Origin: Ruditapes philippinarum
Lineage: Eukaryota
Assembly (NCBI RefSeq): GCF_026571515.1
Contig: NW_026862677.1
Coordinates: forward strand, 62,001-126,000
Direction of reading: 5' to 3'
Length of the DNA: 64,000 bases
Position 1 is the stretch's first letter, and every line of letters starts with the position of its first letter. Positions 43,831-53,897 of this stretch are shown one piece after another. The notes beneath the pieces were generated by a model that did no database searches, was not told the origin of the DNA, and worked only from the letters and a program-made list of their open reading frames with translations. A program made the position numbers and the translations under genes.

Positions 43831-45531
43831 CTATTCTAATTCAAATATTTTTATGTAGTTGCAATATTTAGAAAAAGAACTTTCACTCATAAACATTTTT
43901 CTTTGCTTTTCAGATATGATGACAGAATATGGTTGAAATGAATCATGCAAAGTCCTTGTATGGAGAGGAAAAATGTGGGTCGTTCCAGGCACAATCACCC
44001 CAAACATATCGCTTTTATCCAGATAACACACAACAACGTAACCACGGTTTGTTACCGTTAGGCCGGCTGGGAGGTTCATACTTCCTCTTTTATTGATAGA
44101 CTGTAAATTTCCTTTCAGGTTAAACTCATACACGGCAGAGTTTTTCAAGTCGGACACAAATATACTCTCATTATTCCTACTCAAAGACACTAAATGTGGA
44201 TACTTCAACATGCTGGTATCCCCAACCTCATGAAGAATATTACCTTCCTTGTCTATAACCTGAACAGCGGGAGGCTCAACAAATGAAACAGCTATTTTAC
44301 CGTCCCGATGATCTATTCCCTGACACCCTTCCCTGACATCCAGACGGTGACTTTCAGTCAAACCGTTTTGCGTATTGAGAAACATGATTTTACCTTCATA
44401 TGGTAAAGTTGTTGCAGCAGAGGATGAATCTATTGTAGTAATATCAAATGGGCAAGTCGTTGTTTTTAATATTGCTTTAACCTTATCTTCTCTGTGATTA
44501 AAGACTTTTAGTGAGCTATTGTTCTGATCGGCACACAAAATTTCAGTCTCGGAAATGATTGCCATTCCAGAAATAAAACAATTTTTGTCTTTTTTCGTGT
44601 GCACATTAATTTTCTTTACAAATTGTATTCTGTTCTCAATCAAGGTTTTCTTGCACTGACCGGAAAATTTCATTAACTTTGTTTCAAGATTACCAAGACA
44701 TGTGTTGCGTGTTTTTAAATTGCTTATTTCTTTACATGCTGAGAATTTATAATCGTTTATTTGACTATTTGATGAAATTTCCTCATTTATTTCTTGGCAT
44801 TTCTGAAGACTTTCCTGTATGCGCTTAGCTGTCACAAACAGATTGTTAACTTTGTCTTTGCATCGATCAAGTTTAGCTTGAAAGAGTTCAATTTCATCAG
44901 CCAAAACACCGCATTGATCTTGAAGCTTTTTCTGTGAAGACACATCTCTTTCATTCACTTCATCAACTTCTCGTAAAAGGTCTGCTTCTATTTTATCTAG
45001 GTAGTCCTCCATTTCTTTACGGAACTCTTTAATTTCCTTAACAACATCCGTCTTTATTTCATCCGCTGTTTTCAGACTGCGGTTTATTTCTTCTTTACAT
45101 GAAGCTAGGTTTTTGCTGAGATGATCAATTTTGTGTTTGATTAAAACAAGTTCGTCACTGTTTTCATAGTTACACGACACGTCTGAAACAGGATGAATCT
45201 TACAGGAGGCATGATTAAGAACAATACAATCTCCACATCCCACACTGTCATGTTCCCGACAATAAAACTTGACTATTTCATTCTTATGAACATAACAGAG
45301 CTCCGTGCATGGGTCAATATGAGCCTGTAAATTTGGCATTTCCTCTTTGGATTTGATCACGTGATTTGTAGTAACAGCCAACTTTCTGTGTGCCTTGATA
45401 CATGATGTACATATAAACTCGTTACAGTTCTCGCAATAACCCTCTGCATTTACAGTATCACCGTCACGCTGGCATGGCTGGCACGACAAAGATGACAAAG
45501 CAGAAGGTGCTTTACGTCCCGGGACTTCCAT
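43831..45531 (-). CDS. RING-less TRIM-like protein: two B-boxes, coiled coil, NHL/beta-propeller-like C-terminus (paralog 2)
   Basis: 566-aa single-exon ORF MEVPGRK...CQPC...YCENCNEFICTSCIKAH...CYVH...FYCREHDSVGCGDCIVLNHASC, colinear with the 31724-33394 protein (shared ILKTTTCP, SSSAATTLP, AVSFVEPPAVQVI, NNESIFVSD, GVIVPGTT); acceptor-like TTTTTCCCATTAG just upstream. Confidence 0.92.
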   Translation of the reverse strand: MEVPGRKAPSALSSLSCQPCQRDGDTVNAEGYCENCNEFICTSCIKAHRKLAVTTNHVIKSKEEMPNLQAHIDPCTELCYVHKNEIVKFYCREHDSVGCGDCIVLNHASCKIHPVSDVSCNYENSDELVLIKHKIDHLSKNLASCKEEINRSLKTADEIKTDVVKEIKEFRKEMEDYLDKIEADLLREVDEVNERDVSSQKKLQDQCGVLADEIELFQAKLDRCKDKVNNLFVTAKRIQESLQKCQEINEEISSNSQINDYKFSACKEISNLKTRNTCLGNLETKLMKFSGQCKKTLIENRIQFVKKINVHTKKDKNCFISGMAIISETEILCADQNNSSLKVFNHREDKVKAILKTTTCPFDITTIDSSSAATTLPYEGKIMFLNTQNGLTESHRLDVREGCQGIDHRDGKIAVSFVEPPAVQVIDKEGNILHEVGDTSMLKYPHLVSLSRNNESIFVSDLKNSAVYEFNLKGNLQSINKRGSMNLPAGLTVTNRGYVVVCYLDKSDMFGVIVPGTTHIFPLHTRTLHDSFQPYSVIISEKQRKMFMSESSFSKYCNYIKIFELE

Positions 45532-46281
45532 TATAAAGACAGATGTTATTCTAATGGGAAAAACAGCATAATTATGTTTCTATACACAAAGCAATAGCAT
45601 ATTTGCCAATTTAAAATTATTTTATACACTGCATCACTTTTCTTTATTACAATATTACTCAGTGATATTCCATATAATATGTCCACTTGTTTTAATCTTT
45701 GTTTTACTGCTTCAGGTATCTCACCAGCGAACAAAACACTTATAAAACGTCACACGCTTATAAAGCCTTGTCTGAACACGTTTGTTTTGCAATCAAACTT
45801 CACAGTCAGCAGTTCTATAAAAACAACTATAGGCAAATGACTTATATATTATATTTATCAATCAACAAAAATTTATTATTGCACTATAGCTAAGCCAAAT
45901 GATTTTCGCAGACTAATAATATGTCCCAGGCTGAGAAGATTTCTTTCACCAGCGTTTAACTTTTAAGATAATATCTTCAAAAAGGACTACATGGGTACAA
46001 TTAAAAAGAACAATTTAGCAGAACGGTAGATTATGTAATTTGATCAGGACTTGGAACATCGTCTATGAATGAAATAGATTTAACAATGAGTAATCACTAG
46101 ACCGTCAATACATTAAATTTATAATTACATGTCAAAAAATCTAAACAGTAGCAACAAACGTATTTACTAAATTGTGCATGCAAAAGGATTATTGGATAAT
46201 GAAGTAATTAAAGTTTATATGATGAGTAACCCGATTTATTAGTGCTAAAGTGTTAGATATTACGGCATTCATTTACTTATA

Positions 46282-47294
46282 CGTGGGTTGTCCCAATATT
46301 CTGTGACAAGATTGTTTAAAAGCTAAATAAAACAGGTACGAATTTGATATTTAAATATGTTATAAATCCATATAATTTAAACATTTTCACAATTTTTCAT
46401 AGAAAAATATCAACAAACAACAAACATATGCCATAAAAACCATGGCAACTAACTGAATCGCGGCGCACGTCCAACGTCAAAGCCAGCGTTAAATCTATAT
46501 AAGGCGCCTTTCTCAAATACTCTCAATGGCTTTCAACGCAATAATGGTACCTATAAATCGTCAAATTCTGAGTTAAATCATGTGGTTGTTAATGTCTGTT
46601 GAATGTTTGGATGGCATACATTAATTTTTGCTATACGCGAACTTCCGATCTCGTTACACCTGTTTTTAGCTGTAGGCAATAGTCGACAAAGATCGGTCTT
46701 CCTATCCATGTTTTCCTTATTTTCGCTTTTTGTAGCGCAAAGCTTTGGTTCCGTTCATGCCTTTTGTACACAAGTGCTCAGGATATGTTGCTGAACTGTT
46801 CTATTTGGTATATTTGTTGAAAATCGTAACAAGGGTCATCTCGAAATAGTCATGAAACCTGAGTGACCTGTTCACTGCGCCGCAAATTCTTCGAACGTCG
46901 CCATTTTTACTTTCCTATTTTATATGAGATATTTTCATTTTTCCGTATCTTTTTCGTTTCTTAAGTTATTTAACTAAAATTTTCAGAGATGATTTAAACA
47001 TAGCAGCAGAGGAAGTCAACGTGACATTGTGCCGACACATCATCAGATATTTGAAATATACGTAATTAATTTCAGCCTATTCATAACAAAATGCAAATTA
47101 TTTGACGTGTGCCGGCAACTCAAACCAATGTCGTTAATGCTGAAAATTTCTAAGAAACTAGAGTAAATTTTTTGTAAATGATTTGTTGTAATGTTAAATA
47201 ATAAACTTAACAGTTATATGAGTGAATTACTTTCTATTGGCGTTAAAAATTAACCGGCTATAAAATTTGTCACGGACTTTTGGGACAACCCTCG
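46282..47294. mobile_element. Non-autonomous Tc1/mariner-type element, ~1.0 kb
   Basis: TA|CGTGGGTTGTCCCAATATTCTGTGACAA ... TTGTCACGGACTTTTGGGACAACCCTCG|TA: TA duplication and mariner-like CGAGGG terminus; no intact transposase. Confidence 0.8.
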
Positions 47295-47589
47295 TATTTA
47301 TCAATTCTCAAAGACCAATATATCTGCAGTTAGTACATTACTAGCCTAAGTACGTTTAGAATCTTCAAATTGTAACTTCGTTTAAATCTGAGTCCTGAAC
47401 AAGATTGAATTTCTGAAAAAAATGCTATTTCAGCGCATTAATACAACACTAAACGGTCGGAACATTTTAATTGAGCTTTGCCATAATGCAGTAGTATCTA
47501 GTGAATTTGTAGGTCATTGCCATATTTCAGCATGTCAATTAAAATGTGCAGATGTGTCTTATGTTAAGATCACATGCACGAGGCACCAT

Positions 47590-48500
47590 CAATTAACCTA
47601 TATACGCTTATCATACTATACATAAAGAATATCCTTTATATTATTAGTTTTAAAGATTTTTTTGACAGGTCATATGGCCCTATATAAACGGTTGTTAAAT
47701 ATAACCCAAGCCGCTAGGCCATATAACCTGTCAGAAATATTTATAACGAATTTATAATACATCAGGCATCATTTTTAGAGGAATAGAGCGAGATTTCTTT
47801 ATAAATCGACAGCAGTCATGTATTTAATCTATACCGAAATCAGCCGTATATTTCATTAGTTATAAAGATTGTTGACAGGTTATATGGCCCCATATAAGCG
47901 GCTATTTGTAAATATAACCCGAGCCGCTAGGCAAGGGTTATATTGCAAACAGCCGTTTATATACGGCCATATAATCTGTCAGCAATCTTTATAACGAATT
48001 TATAATACAGCAAGCATCATTTTTTAGAGAAAAAAGTAAGATCGACAACAGCCGTGTATATAAAAATTTATAATACTACACATTTGTAACATCTCTTTTC
48101 ATTGGATAATCGTGACGTTTATATAGTTTATATACACGGCTGCTGTCGATTCATGAAGAAATCTTACATTTTTCCCTAAAAAAATGATGCTTGCTGTATA
48201 TAAACGGCTGTCTGCAATATAACCCTCGCCAAACAGCTCGGGTTATATTTACAAATATAGCCGTTTATATAGGGCCATATAACCTGTCAACAATCTTTTT
48301 AACTAATAATATGAACGTCACGATTATCCAATGAAAAGCGACGTTACAAACATGCAGTTTTTTTAAATAGTATTATAAGCGTATATAGGTAAAATGAATG
48401 GGTCTAGTGCCTGTGGTTCTCATACAAAGACTCCAGCTAGGGGTCCGGGTTATGCATGCAAACAACCGTTTAAATAAGGCCATAAAACATGTCAAAACTA
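47590..48500. repeat. Foldback-like cluster of nested palindromic repeats
   Basis: Unit TTGACAGGTTATATGGCCC.ATATAA.CGG...AAATATAACCCGAGC...GGGTTATATTGC...CAGCCGTTTATATA in direct (47660, 47870) and inverted (48200-48300) copies; outer arms ACCTATATACGCTTAT (~47597) / ATAAGCGTATATAGGT (~48375). Confidence 0.7.
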
Positions 48501-48639
48501 TAAATTATACTGTTAACTCAAACGTATACAAGTCCGTATTGACATTAAGAAAATAATTATGCTTTACGATTAGTATTTCCTTCATATATTACACGGCCCA
48601 ATTGATACAGCTACTGCCGTTTTTAAGAGTACCAACATA

Positions 48640-48883
48640 TTATAAGTCATAGAAACATTCCAACTTTACTGGTGGAGGAATACCCCAGGTGTCCCTCTGT
48701 GCATAATTTCAGGCATAAGCGGTCACCAGAGCAGAGCCAGGGATGTTCTATAAGCTAGTTGGATAGCTTTTTCACATGACAGAATCCAAAGCTGCAAAGC
48801 ACCTAGGTGGGATTCAAACCCACAGAAGTGAGGGGCAAGTGGTTTGAAGTCAAAGACCTAATCAACTCTGCCATGAACTTCCC
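48640..48883 (-). mobile_element. tRNA-derived SINE
   Basis: Minus-strand head GGAAGTTCATGGCAGAGTTGATTAGGTCTTTGACTTCAAACCACTTGCCCCTCACTTCTGTGGGTTTGAATCCC (A box TGGCAGAGTTG, B box GGTTTGAATCC); body shared with copies at 4.7 and 24.0 kb. Confidence 0.7.
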
Positions 48884-48888
48884 ATAAG

Positions 48889-49515
48889 TATGGTGGCTGA
48901 TTTGTGCTATTCGTGTTTTCGGCCCGCGACCCCGCCAAGCTAAAAGTCGAAAATTAACAAGTTAAAATGGCGGGGGCGCGTAGCGAAAACACGCTAATTA
49001 GCGCGGGCGCGGGGCGAAGTTAAATAAATAAAACTTCACTGCCCGCCCCCGCTAATTAGCGTGTTTTCGTCACGCGACCCCGCCAAGCGAAAATTAAAAA
49101 GTTAAAATGGCGTGGGCGCGGAGTGAAAACACGCTAATTAGCGAGGGTACGGGGCAAAGTTTAATAAATAAAACTTCGTCCTGCGGGGACGCGGAGCGAG
49201 ATTTAAGAAATAAAACGGCGGTGTCGCGGGACGAAAACACGCTAATTAGTGCGGGCGCGGGGCGAAGTTCAAGAAATAAAACTTCGCAGCGCGCCCCCGC
49301 TAATTAGCGTGTTTTCGTCGCGCGACCCCGCCTCGGAAAAGTCGAGAATTATCAAGTTAAAATGGCGGGGGCGCGGAGCGAAAACACGCTAATAAGCGGG
49401 GGCGCTAATTAGCGTGTTTTCGCTCCGCGCCCCCCGTCGTTTTATTTCTTAAATTTATTAAACTTTGCCCCGTGCCCTCGCTAATTTGCGTGTTTGGCAC
49501 AAATCAGCCACCATA
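48889..49515. mobile_element. 627-bp GC-rich MITE with a 6-bp TSD and TATGG...CCATA termini (IS3EU-like signature)
   Basis: 19-bp perfect TIR TATGGTGGCTGATTTGTGC / GCACAAATCAGCCACCATA; CATAAG at 48883-48888 and 49516-49521; interior built from direct and inverted CGAAAACACGCTAATTAGCG modules. Confidence 0.85.
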
Positions 49516-50379
49516 CATAAGACTTTTGCTAAATTCATTTGATATAAAAAGTACCTTTTAAACATATATATACCATTTGCACACAAGAAAAGAAAATATA
49601 AGCAAAACAATTTTCACAAACTTGTTTCAAATTTTTATTTCAGAAATATACAATTTCATAATGTATAAATTCATTTTTGAAAACTGGTCATACAATACAC
49701 AATCAAATTATACATATATCAATGGAACTTTATACTGTCACCATTAAGAGTACTCTTAAAGTTGAAAGACATATATAAATATGTATTTTACCTTGCATAA
49801 CCTATTTACTTTATAGCATAATGTCAGTGACGTCATATGGTGTTATTTCAATCTAGTGTCCAGAAATGGTCAATATTTTTTTGCAATATTCCCCAAGGGT
49901 GAGTAATCTATACATACTTAAGAAAACATACTGTTTTAGTTCTCTCCCCTAGCCACTCTGCTCTACAGTTAAGAAAGCATAATGTTTTAGTTCTCTCCCC
50001 TGACCACTCTGCTTTACAGTTTTAGCTGGGCATAAAATACATTTTGATATGATAAAATTCAATGATGAACAGCTTTCAAAGTAATATTACCAGTGATGTA
50101 GGTAATAGAGATAAGCAGCTCCTATATACTCCATTGAAATATCACTCATGAAAATCAAAAAGAGAAAAATTAGGCATTTTGTAGCAAGTTAAACTTAATG
50201 TATGTACATTTGATCCTTTTATAGTATACACCAATGTCCATTTGAAAGTTAAATCTTTTATCTATTGCTGCATGTTAAAATATTGGTACCTTTCCATGCC
50301 TTTCACTAAGAAAAAACTTAGTTGAACGTACACACTGAGCCAGTTTTTTCATCATATGAATAGTTTTGTAACAAAAATG

Positions 50380-52280
50380 AACAAGAGGGCCATGATGGCC
50401 CTGAAGTCGCTCACCTGTATATTGTCCCCCCGGAGCGGGGCCAGTTTAAACCCCAGGGCTTTTATTTGAACAAACTTGGTAGACACTTATAAGAAGATGT
50501 TTCATGCTAAACAGCTAAGGTCTAGCTAGTTGGGTTTTTTAACAGAAGATTTTCTAAGTTTTTTCTTTACACATATATTTAAAAACAATGACACCCCTGG
50601 GGCAGGGCCAGTTTTGACCCCAGGGCTTTTATTTGAACAATATTTGTAGACACTCGCTAGAATATGTTTCATGCTAAATGTCTAAACTCTAGCTTTTCGT
50701 TTTTTACCATGAAGATTTTTAAGTTTTTGCTATACACATATAAGGAAAATCAATGTCCCCCGGGGCCGGGCCAATTTTGACCCCAGGGCTCTTATTTGAA
50801 CAAACTTGGTAGACATCCATTAGAACATGTTTCATGCTAAATATCTTAGCTCTAGCTCTTTGGGTTCTTTAAAAGAAGATTTTTAAGTTTTTACTATATT
50901 CATATAGGGAAAATCAATGACCCCCTGGGGCGGGGCCAATTTTGACCCCAGGGCTCTTATTTGAACAAACTTGGTAGACATCCATTAGAACATGTTTCAT
51001 GCTAAATATCTTAGCTCTAGCTCTTTGGGTTCTTTAAAAGAAGATTTTTAAGTTTTTACTATATTCATATAGGGAAAATCAATGACCCCCTGGGGCGGGG
51101 CCAATTTTGACCCCAGGGCTCTTATTTGAACAAACTTGGTAGACATCCATTAGAACATGTTTCATGCTAAATATCTTAGCTCTAGCTCTTTGGGTTCTTT
51201 AAAAGAAGATTTTTAAGTTTTTACTATATTCATATAGGGAAAATCAATGACCCCCTGGGGCGGGGCCAATTTTGACCCCAGGGCTCTTATTTGAACAAAC
51301 TTGGTAGACATCCATTAGAACATGTTTCATGCTAAATATCTTAGCTCTAGCTCTTTGGGTTCTTTAAAAGAAGATTTTTAAGATTTTACTATATTCATAT
51401 AGGGAAAATCAATGACCCCCTGGGGCCGGGCCAATTTTGACCCCAGGGCTCTTATTTGAACAAACTTGGTAGACATCCATTAGAACATGTTTCATGCTAA
51501 ATATCTTAGCTCTAGCATTTTGGGTTCTTTAAAAGAAGATTTTTAAGTTTTTACTATATGCATATAGGAAAAATTAATGACCCCCAGGGGCGGGGCCAAT
51601 TTTGACCCCAGGGCTTTAATTTGAACAAACTTGGTAGACATCCATTAGAACATGTTTCATGCTAAATATCTTAGCTCTAGCTCTTTGGGTTCTTTAAAAG
51701 AAAACTTTTAAGTTTTTACTATATGCATATAGGAAAAATCAATGACCCCCCAGGGGCGGGGCCAATTTTGACCCCAGGGCTTTTATTTGAACAAACTTGG
51801 TAGACACCCATTAGAAGATGTTTCATGCTAAATATCTTAGCTCTAGCTCTTTGGGTTCTTTAAAAGAAGATTTTTTAAGTTTTTACTATATACAAATAGG
51901 GAAAATCAATGACCCCCTGGGGCGGGGCCAATTTTGACCCCAGGGCTTTTATTTGAACAAACTTGATAGACACTCACTAGAAGATGTTTCATGCCAAATA
52001 TCTAAGCTCTAGCTCTTTGGGTTTTTTAGAATAAGACATTTAAAGTTTTTTCTTTTGGTTGTCATGGCAACCAGAGTTCTGCATGGAATTAAATTCTGTG
52101 AACAATTTTCAAAGGTGACCACCAAAGGAACATTCCTGTGAAGTTTGGATGAAATTGGCTCAGTGGTTTATGAGGCGATGTCATTTAAAGTAAAAGTTTA
52201 CGGACGACGGACGGTCAACGGATGGACGAAAAGTGATCACAAAAGCTCACCCTGTCACAAAGTGACAGATGAGCTAAAAA
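50380..52280 (+). mobile_element. Helentron-associated element carrying ~10 copies of a 165-bp satellite monomer (Cg170/BIV160-like)
   Basis: 5' AACAAGAGGGCCATGATGGCCCTGAAGTCGCTCACCTG; monomer period 165 bp (50781, 50946, 51111, 51276, 51441); (GGAC/GACG)n near 52200; 3' palindrome AGCTCACCCTGTCACAAAGTGACAGATGAGCT followed by an A-run. Confidence 0.9.
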
Positions 52281-52542
52281 GTAGTTTTCTCTAAAAATTG
52301 ATGTATCATTTATTTAATTGGGAACTGTAAATGATTTTACCTGCAGCCATAGACATAGAAAATGTATTATTTTACTGATTTTGATATCCAGTTAATAAGT
52401 TTTACTTGCTTCAAGTTTTAAGTTTAGCAAGCACAGTGATATCTTAACTGGCTAGGAAGTTGCCTATCTCTGTTATCTATGTCTCTGGTATTACATAGCA
52501 GTGAAAAATTACCTTAAAATGTTACTTTGGCATAATAAACAA

Positions 52543-53551
52543 AACAAGAGGGCCATGATGGCCCTGAAGTCGCTCACCTGTATATAGGCCCCCGTAGCGG
52601 GGCCAGTTTAAACCCCAGGACTTTTATTTGAACAAACTTGGTAGACACCCATTAGAAGATGTTTCATGCTAAACATCTAAGGTCTAGCTGGTCAAGGTTT
52701 TTCTTTACACATATAGTTAAAAACAATGACACACCTGGGGTAGGGCCAGTTTGAACCCCAAGGGCTTTTATTTGAACAATCTTTGTAGACACTCACTAGA
52801 AAATGTTTCATGCTTAATATCTGAACTCTAGTTATTCGGATTTTTTGAAAAAGATTTTTAAGTTTTTGCTATACACATATAAGGAAAATCAATGACCCCC
52901 AGGGTGGCGCCAATTTTGACTTACTAGAAGATGTTTCATGCTTAATATCTAAACTCTAGCTATTTGGGTTTTTTCAAAGAAGATTTTTAAGTTTTTGCTA
53001 TACACATATAAGGAAAATCAATGTCCCCTGGGGCGGGGCCAATTTTGACCCCAGGGCTTTTATTTGAACAAACTTTGTAGACACTCACTAGAAGATGTTT
53101 CATGCTTAGAATCTAAACTCTAGCTATTTGGGTTTTTTCAAAGAAGACTTTTTAAGTTTTTACTATATGCATATAGGGAAAATCAATGACCCCCTGGGGC
53201 GGGGCCAATTTTGACCCCAGGGCTTTTATTTGAACAAACTTGGTAGACACTCACTAGAAGATGTTTCATGCAAAATATCTAAGCTCTAGCTCTTTGGGTT
53301 TTTTTAGAAGAAGATATTTAAAGTTTTTTCTTTTGGTTGCCATGGCAACCAGAGTTCTGCATGGAATTAAATTCTTTGAACAATTTTCAAAGGTGACCAC
53401 CAAAGGAACATTCCTGTGAAGTTTGGATGAAATTGGCTTAGTGGTTTATGAGGAGATGTCATTTAAAGTAAAAGTTTACGGACGACGGACGGACGGACGA
53501 AAAGCGATCACAAAAGCTCACCCTGTCACTTTGTGACATGTGAGCTAAAAA
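52543..53551 (+). mobile_element. Second copy of the same Helentron-associated element with ~4-5 monomers
   Basis: Identical 5' end and near-identical 3' module (GGCAACCAGAGTTCTGCATGGAATT...AAAAGCTCACCCTGTCAC...GTGAGCTAAAAA). Confidence 0.9.
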
Positions 53552-53897
53552 CACGTCTTTTAAGCTAATAGAGCATATTAGAGTTGCTAGTTTTCTGCTG
53601 ATATTTTAAAATAAAATTAAAATGAATGTAATGTTTCAATATTTCAACTTTTTTACAATTTCCTTTTTGCTAGAAATTTCTAAAAACTAAATATAATATT
53701 TTCTATGATAGTGTTTTGGAACAGTTTTTCCCCTTTCCAACATTTTTTAGAGGTGAAAAACATTACATGTATGTAATACCATGTGTAACCAGAGAAGTTA
53801 CTTTTAATATTAAGTTTCTGTTTTCACAACATAGTGCATGCAAACTGTCAACAAGTTTTCCACTGATGTTCAAGTACTGGTGGTTCTTTTCTGTCTG

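Noticed and set aside
46560-46910. Transposase remnant inside the mariner-like element
   Set aside because: Only vague similarity, with multiple stops; no DDE/D motif can be supported by eye.
48800-48883. tRNA gene
   Set aside because: Degenerate A/B boxes run into a SINE body repeated elsewhere in the window; no intact cloverleaf. The same applies to 4370-4447.
49107-49307. 66-aa repetitive ORF
   Set aside because: Translation of the internal repeats of the GC-rich MITE.
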